A stretch of 24,000 bases of DNA from Paludifilum halophilum (GTDB taxonomy: Bacteria > Bacillota > Bacilli > Thermoactinomycetales > DSM-45169). The stretch's first letter is position 1; each line of letters opens with the position of its first letter. The notes beneath the pieces are model-generated. The model searched no databases. It was not told where the DNA came from and was given only the letters and a program-made list of their open reading frames with translations. Where the stretch lies: positions 280,996 to 304,995 of the forward strand of contig NZ_NOWF01000002.1 of NCBI RefSeq assembly GCF_002245355.1. Direction: 5' to 3'. Below are positions 8,289 to 16,117 of the stretch, one piece after another. A program made the translations under genes and the position numbers.

Positions 8289-8978
8289 GTGAGGATACCG
8301 ATCCGAAAAATCATCTACCGGGCTCCCGAAGGGATACTGCTCGCCGGGATCACCGGTCTGGGCTATTTTTCCTCGTATTTGAGCGACCTCGGCTACAAAT
8401 TACACTTTCAAATTCCGTCCATGTTCGTGGAAGTCCACACCAATTCCGTCATTCTGTCCGCCTGTATCATCATCCTGACTCTGTTGATCGCCTATCTGTC
8501 CGAGGTCATCAATGGACTGAACCGATACGGGAGGATTTTGTTTTCCTTGTTGATCCCCGCCTCCATCGCCGTCATCATCGGGATGAAGGTGGGTTTCCGG
8601 ATCGAAGGAGATCTTTGGAAATGGATTCTTCTCTATCTATTACACTGTGTGGTGTTCTATCTCTTTTTTTATTCCGCCGAGAAACGCCATCCGGCTATGC
8701 TGATCACCTCTGTATCCATCCTGATTGCATTGATTATTTCGATCGCCACTTGGAGCGGATTCATTATTGCCAAATCTCAAAACTATTTTCTGGTATCGGA
8801 AACCCCTTCTCCCATGGTGGTTGTCGATGTCTACGATGATTCACTGATCGTAGCCCCGCTGGACATGGAAAAGAACCGGATTGAGCCGGAATACCGGTTT
8901 ATCCACTTGGAATCGGATATCAACGAAAAGATGAAGTTCAAAATGAGAGACGTCGGACCGCTTACAGTAGCTGACTAG
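8289..8978 (+). CDS. Hypothetical polytopic membrane protein with small C-terminal soluble domain
   Basis: 229 aa, GTG start, four to five hydrophobic helices, then a ~65-aa charged tail (VVVDVYDDSLIVAPLDMEKNRIEPEYRFIHLESD). Has its own promoter and terminator. Visibly more AT-rich than its neighbours. No family recognised. Confidence 0.55.
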   Translation: MRIPIRKIIYRAPEGILLAGITGLGYFSSYLSDLGYKLHFQIPSMFVEVHTNSVILSACIIILTLLIAYLSEVINGLNRYGRILFSLLIPASIAVIIGMKVGFRIEGDLWKWILLYLLHCVVFYLFFYSAEKRHPAMLITSVSILIALIISIATWSGFIIAKSQNYFLVSETPSPMVVVDVYDDSLIVAPLDMEKNRIEPEYRFIHLESDINEKMKFKMRDVGPLTVAD

Positions 8979-9017
8979 CAACACTGTTTGATTTTTGACG
9001 GAAAGGACCCTAAAGAA

Positions 9018-9051
9018 GCCCTATCGATCGGGATCATCGATGGGGCTTTTT
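9018..9051. terminator. Shared (bidirectional) terminator hairpin between convergent genes
   Basis: GCCCTATCGAT-(7 nt)-ATCGATGGGGC followed by TTTTT on the plus strand and TTCTTTA on the minus strand. Lies between the stops at 8978 (+) and 9064 (-). Confidence 0.6.
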
Positions 9052-9063
9052 ATAGGCAGAGCT

Positions 9064-10113
9064 TCACCAATCAACCAGCCAACCCGATACCAGTGACAGA
9101 AATACGGAAGCGATCAACATGGCGATCAGAGGCTTCAGCGCTTTCTGTTTCAGACTCCGAAAATGAATGTTCAAGCCTAATCCCACCATGGCACTGGCGA
9201 GGAGGAAAGAACCCAACGCGCTCAATCCCTCTGTCACTTCCTGAGGAACAGGAAGATAAGAACCGATGAGACAAGTACCGACAAAACCGGCCAGGAACCA
9301 GGGAAAAGGGACTTTCCCCCCTCGATCGCCTCCTCTCTTCCGCTTGATCCAGAAGATCAGAACCAAACACAATGGAATGAGTAGGAAAACCCGTCCCAGT
9401 TTGGTCAACAGAGACACCGCCAGGGCATCTGTCCCCGCCGGAGCGGCAGCAGCGGCCACATGGGCCATCTCGTGCAGACTCAACCCCGACCAGATCCCGT
9501 ACTGAGATGCACTGAAGGGTAAAAACGGGCGCAGCAATGTATAAAGAAGAGTAAACACCGTACCCGCCAGAGCGATGATTCCCACCCCGGTTGCCGTATC
9601 CTCCTCCTTGGACCCGATGATCGGGGAAACGGCGGCAATCGCCGCCGCTCCGCACACTCCGGTTCCCACCCCCAGTAAAAAGGAAAGATCCCGATCCGCG
9701 CCCATCAGGCGAGCGAGAACAAGAACCGCCATCAGGGCCAGAAGAATGGAAACGGCATCTTTCCACAACAAGGTAAAACCCTCACCCAAAATCTGTTCCA
9801 TATTCAACTGGAACCCGAACAAGATGATCGCCAGGCGGAGAATCTTTTGAGAAGAAAACTGAATTCCTTCCCGGATGCGTTCGGGATAACCCGACCAATG
9901 CCGATAAACAACTGCCAGGAGGATCGCCGGGATCATCGTTCCCAACCGATTCACCACCGGCAGCATCGAAAGCAGATAACCCGCCCCTGCCACGACCATC
10001 GTAAATAGAATCCCTCCCGCAAAAGAGAGGGTCCGACGCAGACGCCTCTCCGGAAGTGGACCTTTCAACATACCGGGCTCTTTCATTTTCCACTCAACTC
10101 CCTCTCCCCCCAC
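9064..10113 (-). CDS. YeiH/UPF0324-family putative sulfate-exporter-type membrane protein
   Basis: ~10 TM helices. Family-typical GVGTGVCGAAAIAAVSP and SGLSLHEMAHVAAAA segments. Divergent LysR neighbour as for E. coli yeiE-yeiH. A more likely start is ATG 10086 (MKEPGML). Confidence 0.8.
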   Translation of the reverse strand: MGGEGVEWKMKEPGMLKGPLPERRLRRTLSFAGGILFTMVVAGAGYLLSMLPVVNRLGTMIPAILLAVVYRHWSGYPERIREGIQFSSQKILRLAIILFGFQLNMEQILGEGFTLLWKDAVSILLALMAVLVLARLMGADRDLSFLLGVGTGVCGAAAIAAVSPIIGSKEEDTATGVGIIALAGTVFTLLYTLLRPFLPFSASQYGIWSGLSLHEMAHVAAAAAPAGTDALAVSLLTKLGRVFLLIPLCLVLIFWIKRKRGGDRGGKVPFPWFLAGFVGTCLIGSYLPVPQEVTEGLSALGSFLLASAMVGLGLNIHFRSLKQKALKPLIAMLIASVFLSLVSGWLVDW

Positions 10114-10147
10114 CTTACCCCTTTTCCTTTCATAAGTGAAATTAATT

Positions 10148-10167
10148 CTTATTATGATTATAATAAG
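10148..10167. promoter_or_regulatory. Candidate LysR-type operator in the divergent intergenic region
   Basis: CTTATTAT-GATT-ATAATAAG: perfect 8-bp inverted arms, AT-rich, T-N11-A compatible. Located between the YeiH-like and LysR starts. Confidence 0.45.
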
Positions 10168-10201
10168 AAGAAGCTATCATAAAGGGTTAGGGTGAGGAAA
10201 G

Positions 10202-11092
10202 ATGGACCGTTCGTTATCGGTCTTCATGACCGTAGTCAAAACCCGGAATTTTTCCCGAGCGGCGGAAGAATTGCACCTGACGCAACCCGGAGTCAGTCTT
10301 CATATTCAGTCCCTAGAGAAAAAATACGAAACCCGGCTGTTGGATCGAAGCAGTAAGTCCGTCCGTCTGACTCCCTCCGGGGAAATTCTCTATCGACACG
10401 GCAAGGAGATTTTAAACCAATACGCCAGGGTGAAACGACTGATCGCCGATTTAACCCAATCCGCCAGCGGTACACTGTCCATCGGAGCCAGCTTCACTTT
10501 CGGGGAATATGTCCTTCCCCGGATCATCGCCGGTTTCTGGGCCACGTATCCCCGGATCACCCCGACCATTACCATCGAGAATACCAAGGAAGTAGGGGAA
10601 CAGGTCGTCCGCCGGGAACTGGACCTGGGAGTCGTTGAAGGGCGATTGACCCACCCCGACCTGGTCATTCAACCGGTCGCCACCGATGAACTGGTTTTAG
10701 TCCTCCCATCCGGCCACCGACTGGCGAACGCCGAAGAAGTGAGTATGGAGCAACTGCGAAAGGAACACTGGATCCTGCGGGAGATCGGCTCTGGTACCCG
10801 CTCTGCCGCCGACCGCCTGTTTCAATCCCTGCACTTCACCCCCGCCTCTGTCATGGAGTTTGGCAGTACACAAGTGATCAAAGAATCGGTAGAAACAGGG
10901 TTAGGCATCACTCTGTTATCGAAGTGGGCCATCCGCAAAGAAGTATCCTTGGGGACCCTGCGCCCCCTCCGGGTGCAGAATTACCCGATCCGGCGGAAGT
11001 TTTATTCTTTGACTCATGCCTCGTCCTTTCATACGAAGGCCATGGATCTTTTTTCTACTTATCTCGAGCAACAATTGAACCGGCATTCATGA
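10202..11092 (+). CDS. LysR-family transcriptional regulator
   Basis: N-terminal wHTH (FSRAAEELHLTQPGVSLHIQSLEKKYETRLLDR) plus a LysR substrate-binding domain, 296 aa. RBS GGTGAGGAAAG. Confidence 0.9.
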   Translation: MDRSLSVFMTVVKTRNFSRAAEELHLTQPGVSLHIQSLEKKYETRLLDRSSKSVRLTPSGEILYRHGKEILNQYARVKRLIADLTQSASGTLSIGASFTFGEYVLPRIIAGFWATYPRITPTITIENTKEVGEQVVRRELDLGVVEGRLTHPDLVIQPVATDELVLVLPSGHRLANAEEVSMEQLRKEHWILREIGSGTRSAADRLFQSLHFTPASVMEFGSTQVIKESVETGLGITLLSKWAIRKEVSLGTLRPLRVQNYPIRRKFYSLTHASSFHTKAMDLFSTYLEQQLNRHS

Positions 11093-11261
11093 AAAAAGCA
11101 AAAGGGCCGCTAAACCCTCAATCCTCCGAAAACTCGCTGCAAAGTCATTTTTGGTGGACAGACCGTCCCGGTTTTGAAAAGATAGTTTTAAACAAGCGAC
11201 GATCCGGTCGGGGGTGTGGGTTCATCCATACACCTGATCGGTATAGGAAAGGAGGAAATCC

Positions 11262-11618
11262 ATGACTGACCGGGATGATCCCTGGATGACCCTGGAACTC
11301 CAGGGGGACTACGGCCACTTAGTGTACATTCATCGCGAAACGAAACGAAATGATCACCCCTTGCGGGCCAAGATAAAAAGGGAGTCCCTATTTCACTGGA
11401 AAATCTATATCGAAGGGGAGTTGTACATCAACGGCAGTCAAGTGCGGGGCTGGATCCTGCAAGAGGTTCAGTATCTCAAGTCCCGGGCCATCCAAAAAGC
11501 GAAAGCCTTACTCGAAGCGAGTCGAAATCAGGAAGCTACACTGTCCCATCCCAAACCCCCGAACGGCAGCTATCCTTTGGTGAAAAACAGACTTTGGGGG
11601 GAAGAGGGGGAACCATAA
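11262..11618 (+). CDS. Hypothetical protein (118 aa)
   Basis: Strong RBS (AGGAAAGGAGGAAATCC-ATG). No motif recognised. Confidence 0.55.
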   Translation: MTDRDDPWMTLELQGDYGHLVYIHRETKRNDHPLRAKIKRESLFHWKIYIEGELYINGSQVRGWILQEVQYLKSRAIQKAKALLEASRNQEATLSHPKPPNGSYPLVKNRLWGEEGEP

Positions 11619-11680
11619 AACACGAGTGACTGTGGAGGTCCCGGCCGCAGGTAAAGAACGGACCGAGAAGGGGACCGCGT

Positions 11681-11708
11681 AAAAAAAGCCGGGGGATTTC
11701 TCCCCGGC
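11681..11708 (-). terminator. Intrinsic terminator after the 11728 gene
   Basis: Minus strand reads GCCGGGG-(7 nt)-CCCCGGC followed by TTTTTTT, 20 nt after the stop at 11728. Confidence 0.65.
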
Positions 11709-11727
11709 CTATGTAATTACGGATCAT

Positions 11728-12018
11728 TTAGGTTTGTACGGCGGCCTGCTCTTCCTCCAGACCGTTTTCAATCCCGATCACCACTTCATCGACAGTCATC
11801 TGATCTTCCAGATAAAGCTGAATCAGTTCATAGACCACATCGGTCTGTTTTTCCGGATATTCCACAGCTTCCAGCATCTCGTTCAGCGGATCAAAGGTGC
11901 GGGATAAAATCTGTACACTTCCGGAGTTAAGCACCTCTTCCAGCTGGGTCGTTTTCTGGTAAACTTCTTTGATCATGGTAAGAATAATGGCCATCATCTT
12001 TTTTTTCTGAGCATCCAT
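11728..12018 (-). CDS. Hypothetical acidic protein (96 aa)
   Basis: ATG 12018 (MDAQKKK) is preceded by GAAGGTGGGAAGG. The track ORF starts 4 codons earlier at a GTG inside that RBS. No family recognised. Confidence 0.55.
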   Translation of the reverse strand: MDAQKKKMMAIILTMIKEVYQKTTQLEEVLNSGSVQILSRTFDPLNEMLEAVEYPEKQTDVVYELIQLYLEDQMTVDEVVIGIENGLEEEQAAVQT

Positions 12019-12186
12019 GTTCCTTCCCACCTTCTTTGATGATTTTCAGAGGCCCGAGGGCCTCTCCAAAAAACGCCAGCGGATGGATCATAAAATATAT
12101 ACCAAGCAGGCGTATACAGGAAACTCAAATGTAATTATTATTTTATACGACTCATCCCAAAATTGCAGGGGTGTTTTTTATTTTTG

Positions 12187-12216
12187 TTGATAATTGTACC
12201 GTCCAGACGGTATAGT
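12187..12216 (+). promoter_or_regulatory. Promoter with embedded palindromic operator upstream of the TetR-sugE operon
   Basis: TTGATA (12187..12192), 18-nt spacer, TATAGT (12211..12216). The palindrome TACCGTC-CA-GACGGTA (12197..12212) fills the spacer and overlaps the -10. Confidence 0.5.
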
Positions 12217-12251
12217 CAGGGGAGAATGTTTCTTGAATAAGGAGGAAATCT

Positions 12252-12791
12252 ATGACTCCGTCACCTTTATCCACTCGAGAAAAGCTGGTCCAATCAGCCA
12301 ACCGGCTGGTACTGGAACAAGGAGTTGAGCAACTGACTCTGGATGCGGTTGCCCGCAATGCCGGCGTCAGTAAAGGGGGGCTCCTCTATCACTTTCCGTC
12401 CAAAGAAGCCCTGATCTCAGGGATGATGGACCACTTGTTAGAGCGATACACGGAGTATCTGCATCAAGGATCCAAAGAGGATCCGGAACCGGGAAGCTGG
12501 CTTAGGGCCTTTATCCGAGCGTCGGATCTCGACGAACGGCAACGAGAAAAAAGCGCCGGCCTGTTGGCTGCCGTTACCACCAATCCCGAACTGCTCACCC
12601 CTCTTCGCACCCGTTACCGGGAATGGCAACAGATGATCGAAGATGACGGAGTGGACCCGGCCCTGGCCAATCTGGTCCGATTAGCCGCCGACGGACTTTT
12701 TTTCTGCGACCTCCTCGGACTGGCTCCTTTGGAAGGAGAACTCCGAGAACAAGTGGTGGAGAAGATGATCGACCTCACTCAAACACCCTAG
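12252..12791 (+). CDS. TetR/AcrR-family transcriptional regulator
   Basis: N-terminal TetR HTH ([28 protein letters not shown]), 179 aa. RBS AAGGAGG. Confidence 0.9.
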   Translation: MTPSPLSTREKLVQSANRLVLEQGVEQLTLDAVARNAGVSKGGLLYHFPSKEALISGMMDHLLERYTEYLHQGSKEDPEPGSWLRAFIRASDLDERQREKSAGLLAAVTTNPELLTPLRTRYREWQQMIEDDGVDPALANLVRLAADGLFFCDLLGLAPLEGELREQVVEKMIDLTQTP

Positions 12792-12807
12792 AAAGGAGAG
12801 TCTTCAC

Positions 12808-13131
12808 ATGGCTTGGATTTTCCTGATCATCGGCGCCTTTTTTGAAACAGGATGGGCTGTCGGACTTAAATACACCGAAGGATTTTCACGGCTTTGGCCC
12901 AGTGTATTCACAGTGATCGCCATGGCCCTCAGCTTTCACTTCCTGTCCCAAGCGATGAAAACACTGCCTGTCGGAACAGCTTATGCCGTTTGGACCGGAT
13001 TGGGAGCCGTGGGTACGGCGGTGCTCGGGATGGTTCTCTTCGGCGAGTCGCGGGAATGGCTCCGCATCCTGTGTCTGTTGCTTATTTTCACCGGCGTCAT
13101 CGGATTAAAATTCATTACTCCCCAAACGTAA
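12808..13131 (+). CDS. sugE: SMR-family SugE/Gdx-type (guanidinium) exporter
   Basis: 107 aa, 4 TM. Closely tracks E. coli SugE as I recall it ([37 protein letters not shown] ... [19 protein letters not shown]). Starts 17 nt after the TetR stop, with AAAGGAG as RBS. Confidence 0.9.
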   Translation: MAWIFLIIGAFFETGWAVGLKYTEGFSRLWPSVFTVIAMALSFHFLSQAMKTLPVGTAYAVWTGLGAVGTAVLGMVLFGESREWLRILCLLLIFTGVIGLKFITPQT

Positions 13132-13142
13132 CCGACGAAAAT

Positions 13143-13189
13143 AAGCGCCCATCCATCCGCAGTTACCGGAAAGAAGGGCGCTTGTTTTT
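13143..13189 (+). terminator. Intrinsic terminator after sugE
   Basis: AAGCGCCC-(25 nt)-GGGCGCTT followed by GTTTTT. A second small hairpin, CCCGG-TAAA-CCGGG, follows. Confidence 0.5.
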
Positions 13190-13217
13190 CCAACCCGGTA
13201 AACCGGGCTTTGATTTT

Positions 13218-13514
13218 TTACCTCTTCCTTCTCTTGCCTCGGGGCTGTACGGGTTTCTTGCCCTGCAGCATATCCATTCCCATCTGCGGATTGCGCTGAA
13301 CGGAATCGGCAAAGTCTTTCAATTCCTGCTTGCCCACATCAGCTTGGGTCACTTTCATTAAATATTCCAGGACAGCGCCCATTCCTCCCCGTTCGTTGGC
13401 TTTTGTGGCACCGGACAGAATTTGGTTGAGCTGTTGTTCCGATAATACCCGTTGTCCCAGGACATTGTTGATCAGTTGCGTCATTTCCTTTGTTGAAAGG
13501 CCTTTCCCCGCCAT
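13218..13514 (-). CDS. Hypothetical protein (98 aa) with basic C-terminal tail
   Basis: ATG 13514 (MAGKGLSTKEM) is preceded by GGGGGGAT. The track ORF starts 11 codons earlier. No family assigned with confidence. Confidence 0.5.
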   Translation of the reverse strand: MAGKGLSTKEMTQLINNVLGQRVLSEQQLNQILSGATKANERGGMGAVLEYLMKVTQADVGKQELKDFADSVQRNPQMGMDMLQGKKPVQPRGKRRKR

Positions 13515-13739
13515 GCTTATCCCCCCATGTTTGGACTTTCCCTTCACCTTATGAAGGGAACGACCGGAGGGGGCAGGCCGATGCCCCGATCACCGCGTAA
13601 TTTGGGCGTGATATTCGCTCGATCCGTTCCTGGACTGGGCTCTTCTCTCAGTCAATGGAACAGGCCACCGAATATCTTAAATCATGAACCGATTGCGGGT
13701 TCATCAGGTTCCCGCCGGTTCGGGAGGGGGAACACCATC

Positions 13740-13877
13740 ATGTACAGCCCGTACTACAGGCGGAATCGCAAGGGTTATCCGTGGCCCGGTGAAAAGGAAG
13801 CCCTGCATCGACTTCTGCTGTTTCTATTGATTATCCCCACTATTTTTTGGTTTGCCGGAGCGCTGGACGATTATTAG
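13740..13877 (+). CDS. Candidate small membrane peptide (45 aa), paralog of the 14017 peptide
   Basis: ATG 13740 preceded by GGGAGGGGG. Product is MYSPYYRRNRKGYPWPGEKEALHRLLLFLLIIPTIFWFAGALDDY. Its hydrophobic core matches the second peptide at 10 of 14 positions although the DNA has diverged. Confidence 0.35.
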   Translation: MYSPYYRRNRKGYPWPGEKEALHRLLLFLLIIPTIFWFAGALDDY

Positions 13878-14016
13878 GGTCTTCCGGCTTCCTCCTGTTT
13901 TCCCGCCAGACACGCACTCCACCAGTGACCATTTTCCCCGGATGGGATATCCGCCTGTACACATTCACCCCCCGGCGCATATTTTATAGCATCAACAAGA
14001 GGAAGGAGGAGTTGGA

Positions 14017-14112
14017 ATGACCGGCTCTTACTACGGATTCGGCTTGCGCCGTCTTTTAATCTTCCTGTTGGTGATCGCCACGATCTTCGCTGTCCTCGGT
14101 ATCTGGTATTAA
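14017..14112 (+). CDS. Candidate small membrane peptide (31 aa)
   Basis: Not in the ORF track (too short). AGGAAGGAGGAG lies 5 nt before ATG 14017. Product is MTGSYYGFGLRRLLIFLLVIATIFAVLGIWY. A terminator follows. Confidence 0.5.
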   Translation: MTGSYYGFGLRRLLIFLLVIATIFAVLGIWY

Positions 14113-14127
14113 ACGAAACACTTTCCT

Positions 14128-14151
14128 CCCCCCGTCCAGGGGGATCTTTTG
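14128..14151 (+). terminator. Intrinsic terminator after the small peptide gene
   Basis: CCCCC-(5 nt)-GGGGG followed by ATCTTTTG, 16 nt after the stop at 14112. Confidence 0.45.
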
Positions 14152-14165
14152 TATGATCGTCCCTT

Positions 14166-15590
14166 TTACCGTAACCGACGGATCAGCCATCGCGAAAGTC
14201 TGGACAACCCCTTCGACGAGGATAAAGTTTCCCTCCGATGCAAATCCGCCAACCTCTGTAACGCTCCAGCGCGAGTCGGATAGGGGTGAACCGTCCGGGA
14301 GATATCCCCGAATTTGTGGCCGTGGCGTTTGGCGAAAACCGCTTCCTGCATCCAATCTCCAGCGTCAGGTCCCACAGCATGGGCTCCCAGGATTTTTCCC
14401 CGGCGATCCGTGATGACTTTCACCAATCCCTCCGTCTCCCGGTCCGTAACAAACCGGTCCACCTGATTCAGACGAGTCTTGAAAACACGGATCTCCCCCG
14501 CCTTTTCCCGGGCTTCTTCTTCCGTCCAACCCAGGTGAAACACTTCCGGGTCGGTAAATAGAACCCGGGGCAGATCGGTATCATCCACTTGACCCCGCAA
14601 TCCGAGCAAAGCGTTATAAACAGCGGCTTTCCCCTCCGTTTGCGCCGCGTGAGTAAAGGGGGCCCCACCGTTAACATCTCCGATAGCAAATATGTGGGGA
14701 ACAGAAGTTTGTAAACGGGGATTGACGGAAATAACCCCGTCTTCTGTACGGAGACCGGCACGATCCAATTGCAGGCGATCCGTATTGGGTTTTCTCTCCG
14801 CCGCCGCTAAAATTCCATCCACAGTAAGGGAAAAGGTTTTTTCTCCCTGTTTTACCACCGCACGCTTTTTTTCTTCCTCCGCCTGTACTTCAACAACCCG
14901 GGCACCGGTGATCATCCGAATCCCTTCCCGTTTTAGCGCCCGTCGAATAAAGGGGATCAGTTCCGAATCTTCCTGGCTCAAAATCTCCGGTTCCGTCTCC
15001 ACCACAGTCACCCGGCTGCCCAACCGGGCAAAGGCCTGAGCCAATTCCAAATCGATCGGACTCCCGCCAATCACCAGCAGGGAATCCGGCAACTCCTCCA
15101 ACTGCCATGCCGTCTCGACGGTGAGAAAGTTCTCCTCGGTTAAACCGGTAACCGGGGGAACGACAGGATAGGAGCCTGTCGCGATGACGATCCGTTTACC
15201 ATGGATCACTTCAATCCCCCCGACACGAATCTCATGAGGGGATTGAAAATGCCCCGCCCCGTGATACACATCCACTCCCAGCTCCCGAAATCGGTCCGGA
15301 TCATTCTGCAGAGACATTCCCCGGATGGACCGGTTGATCCGGTTTTGAACGGATTCCCACCGCAACTTCCCGGTTGTCTTATTACCCAATTCCTCAGCTT
15401 TTCGGGAAGCGTCAAGGATTTTGGCAGATCGCATCAACGATTTGGAAGGCAGACACCCCGACCAAAGACCATCCCCGCCCAATTTTCCTTTTTCGATCAA
15501 AGCGGTTTTCGCTCCCAGCCCGGCCGCTTCCGCCGCGGCGACTAAGCCGCCAGAACCGCCGCCGATCACGATCATATCGTATTTTCTCAT
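14166..15590 (-). CDS. FAD/NAD(P)-dependent pyridine nucleotide-disulfide oxidoreductase (Lpd/MerA/RclA-like class I fold) with altered redox motif
   Basis: 474 aa. FAD GxGxxG (IVIGGGSGG), NAD(P) site (VIGGSPIDLELA), FAIGDVNGG, and a dimerisation domain with HPYPT. The active-site segment reads GGDGLWSGCLPSK, not GG(T)CxxxGCxPSK. RBS GGGAGGAG. Confidence 0.85.
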   Translation of the reverse strand: MRKYDMIVIGGGSGGLVAAAEAAGLGAKTALIEKGKLGGDGLWSGCLPSKSLMRSAKILDASRKAEELGNKTTGKLRWESVQNRINRSIRGMSLQNDPDRFRELGVDVYHGAGHFQSPHEIRVGGIEVIHGKRIVIATGSYPVVPPVTGLTEENFLTVETAWQLEELPDSLLVIGGSPIDLELAQAFARLGSRVTVVETEPEILSQEDSELIPFIRRALKREGIRMITGARVVEVQAEEEKKRAVVKQGEKTFSLTVDGILAAAERKPNTDRLQLDRAGLRTEDGVISVNPRLQTSVPHIFAIGDVNGGAPFTHAAQTEGKAAVYNALLGLRGQVDDTDLPRVLFTDPEVFHLGWTEEEAREKAGEIRVFKTRLNQVDRFVTDRETEGLVKVITDRRGKILGAHAVGPDAGDWMQEAVFAKRHGHKFGDISRTVHPYPTRAGALQRLADLHRRETLSSSKGLSRLSRWLIRRLR

Positions 15591-15638
15591 GATGGACTCC
15601 TCCCAATCTCCTATTTACGGCTCCATCACGGATCAACC

Positions 15639-15669
15639 AAAAAAAGCAACCCTGCGGGAATCGGGTTGC
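15639..15669 (-). terminator. Intrinsic terminator after ytxJ
   Basis: Minus strand reads GCAACCC-(10 nt)-GGGTTGC followed by TTTTTTT, starting right at the ytxJ stop codon. Confidence 0.65.
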
Positions 15670-16047
15670 TCAACGAAGGTGACTGGCGAGAACCTCCTCC
15701 AAGGCTTCCTTCTTGATATGCCAGTGAGAAGTGTGCCAAACCGGCTTTCCATTCTTCAGCAGGATCGTTTGAGGGGATTGATGTTTTACTCCGAGATCTT
15801 CCGCGATCCGGTCAGACACCTCCCTGGATTCCAACACTTTGACAATCACATAATCCATGTCGGAGCGGGGTTGATCCTCTGTGTATTTTTTACATTCCTC
15901 CCAGGCATCGGCACTCACCGGACAGCGCGTACTGTGTTTCATCACCAGCACCGGTCGCTCCTCTGATTGTTGAAACGCCTGATTCCACTCGTTGAAGGTC
16001 GTTATTTCATTCCACTGGGCCAAACGAACTCCCACTCCTTTATCCAA
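15670..16047 (-). CDS. ytxJ: YtxJ-family monothiol thioredoxin-like protein (DUF2847; bacillithiol-system associated)
   Basis: Thioredoxin-like length. Has the family-defining single-Cys motif T-x-C-P-V/I-S (HSTRCPVSADAW). Start uncertain: TTG 16047, or TTG 16023 after AAAGGAG. Confidence 0.8.
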   Translation of the reverse strand: MDKGVGVRLAQWNEITTFNEWNQAFQQSEERPVLVMKHSTRCPVSADAWEECKKYTEDQPRSDMDYVIVKVLESREVSDRIAEDLGVKHQSPQTILLKNGKPVWHTSHWHIKKEALEEVLASHLR

Positions 16048-16062
16048 AACTCTTTTCTTCTC

Positions 16063-16091
16063 ATCATACCTTATTTCATAAAAGGTTTCAC
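16063..16091 (-). promoter_or_regulatory. Sigma-A-type promoter for ytxJ
   Basis: Minus strand reads GTGAAA (16091..16086), 17-nt spacer, TATGAT (16068..16063). Confidence 0.4.
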
Positions 16092-16117
16092 CCGGTGAAC
16101 ATAAAAAGAAAACCCGT

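Noticed and set aside
9071-10093. Alternative-frame minus-strand ORFs (231 aa and 103 aa) inside the YeiH-like gene
   Set aside because: They are Arg/Gly-rich out-of-frame translations. The 349-aa frame has the transporter helices and family motifs.
12049-12064. GC hairpin GAGGCC-(4 nt)-GGCCTC, considered as a terminator
   Set aside because: The T-run is 5' of the stem on the minus strand and an A-run is 3' on the plus strand, so it fits a terminator in neither direction. It is more likely a 5'-leader stem of the 11728..12018 gene.
13527-13739. N-terminal two thirds of the 116-aa plus-strand ORF
   Set aside because: It overlaps the start of the divergent 13218..13514 gene, has no RBS, and its composition is not protein-like. 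Only the last 45 codons, which have their own RBS, are retained.
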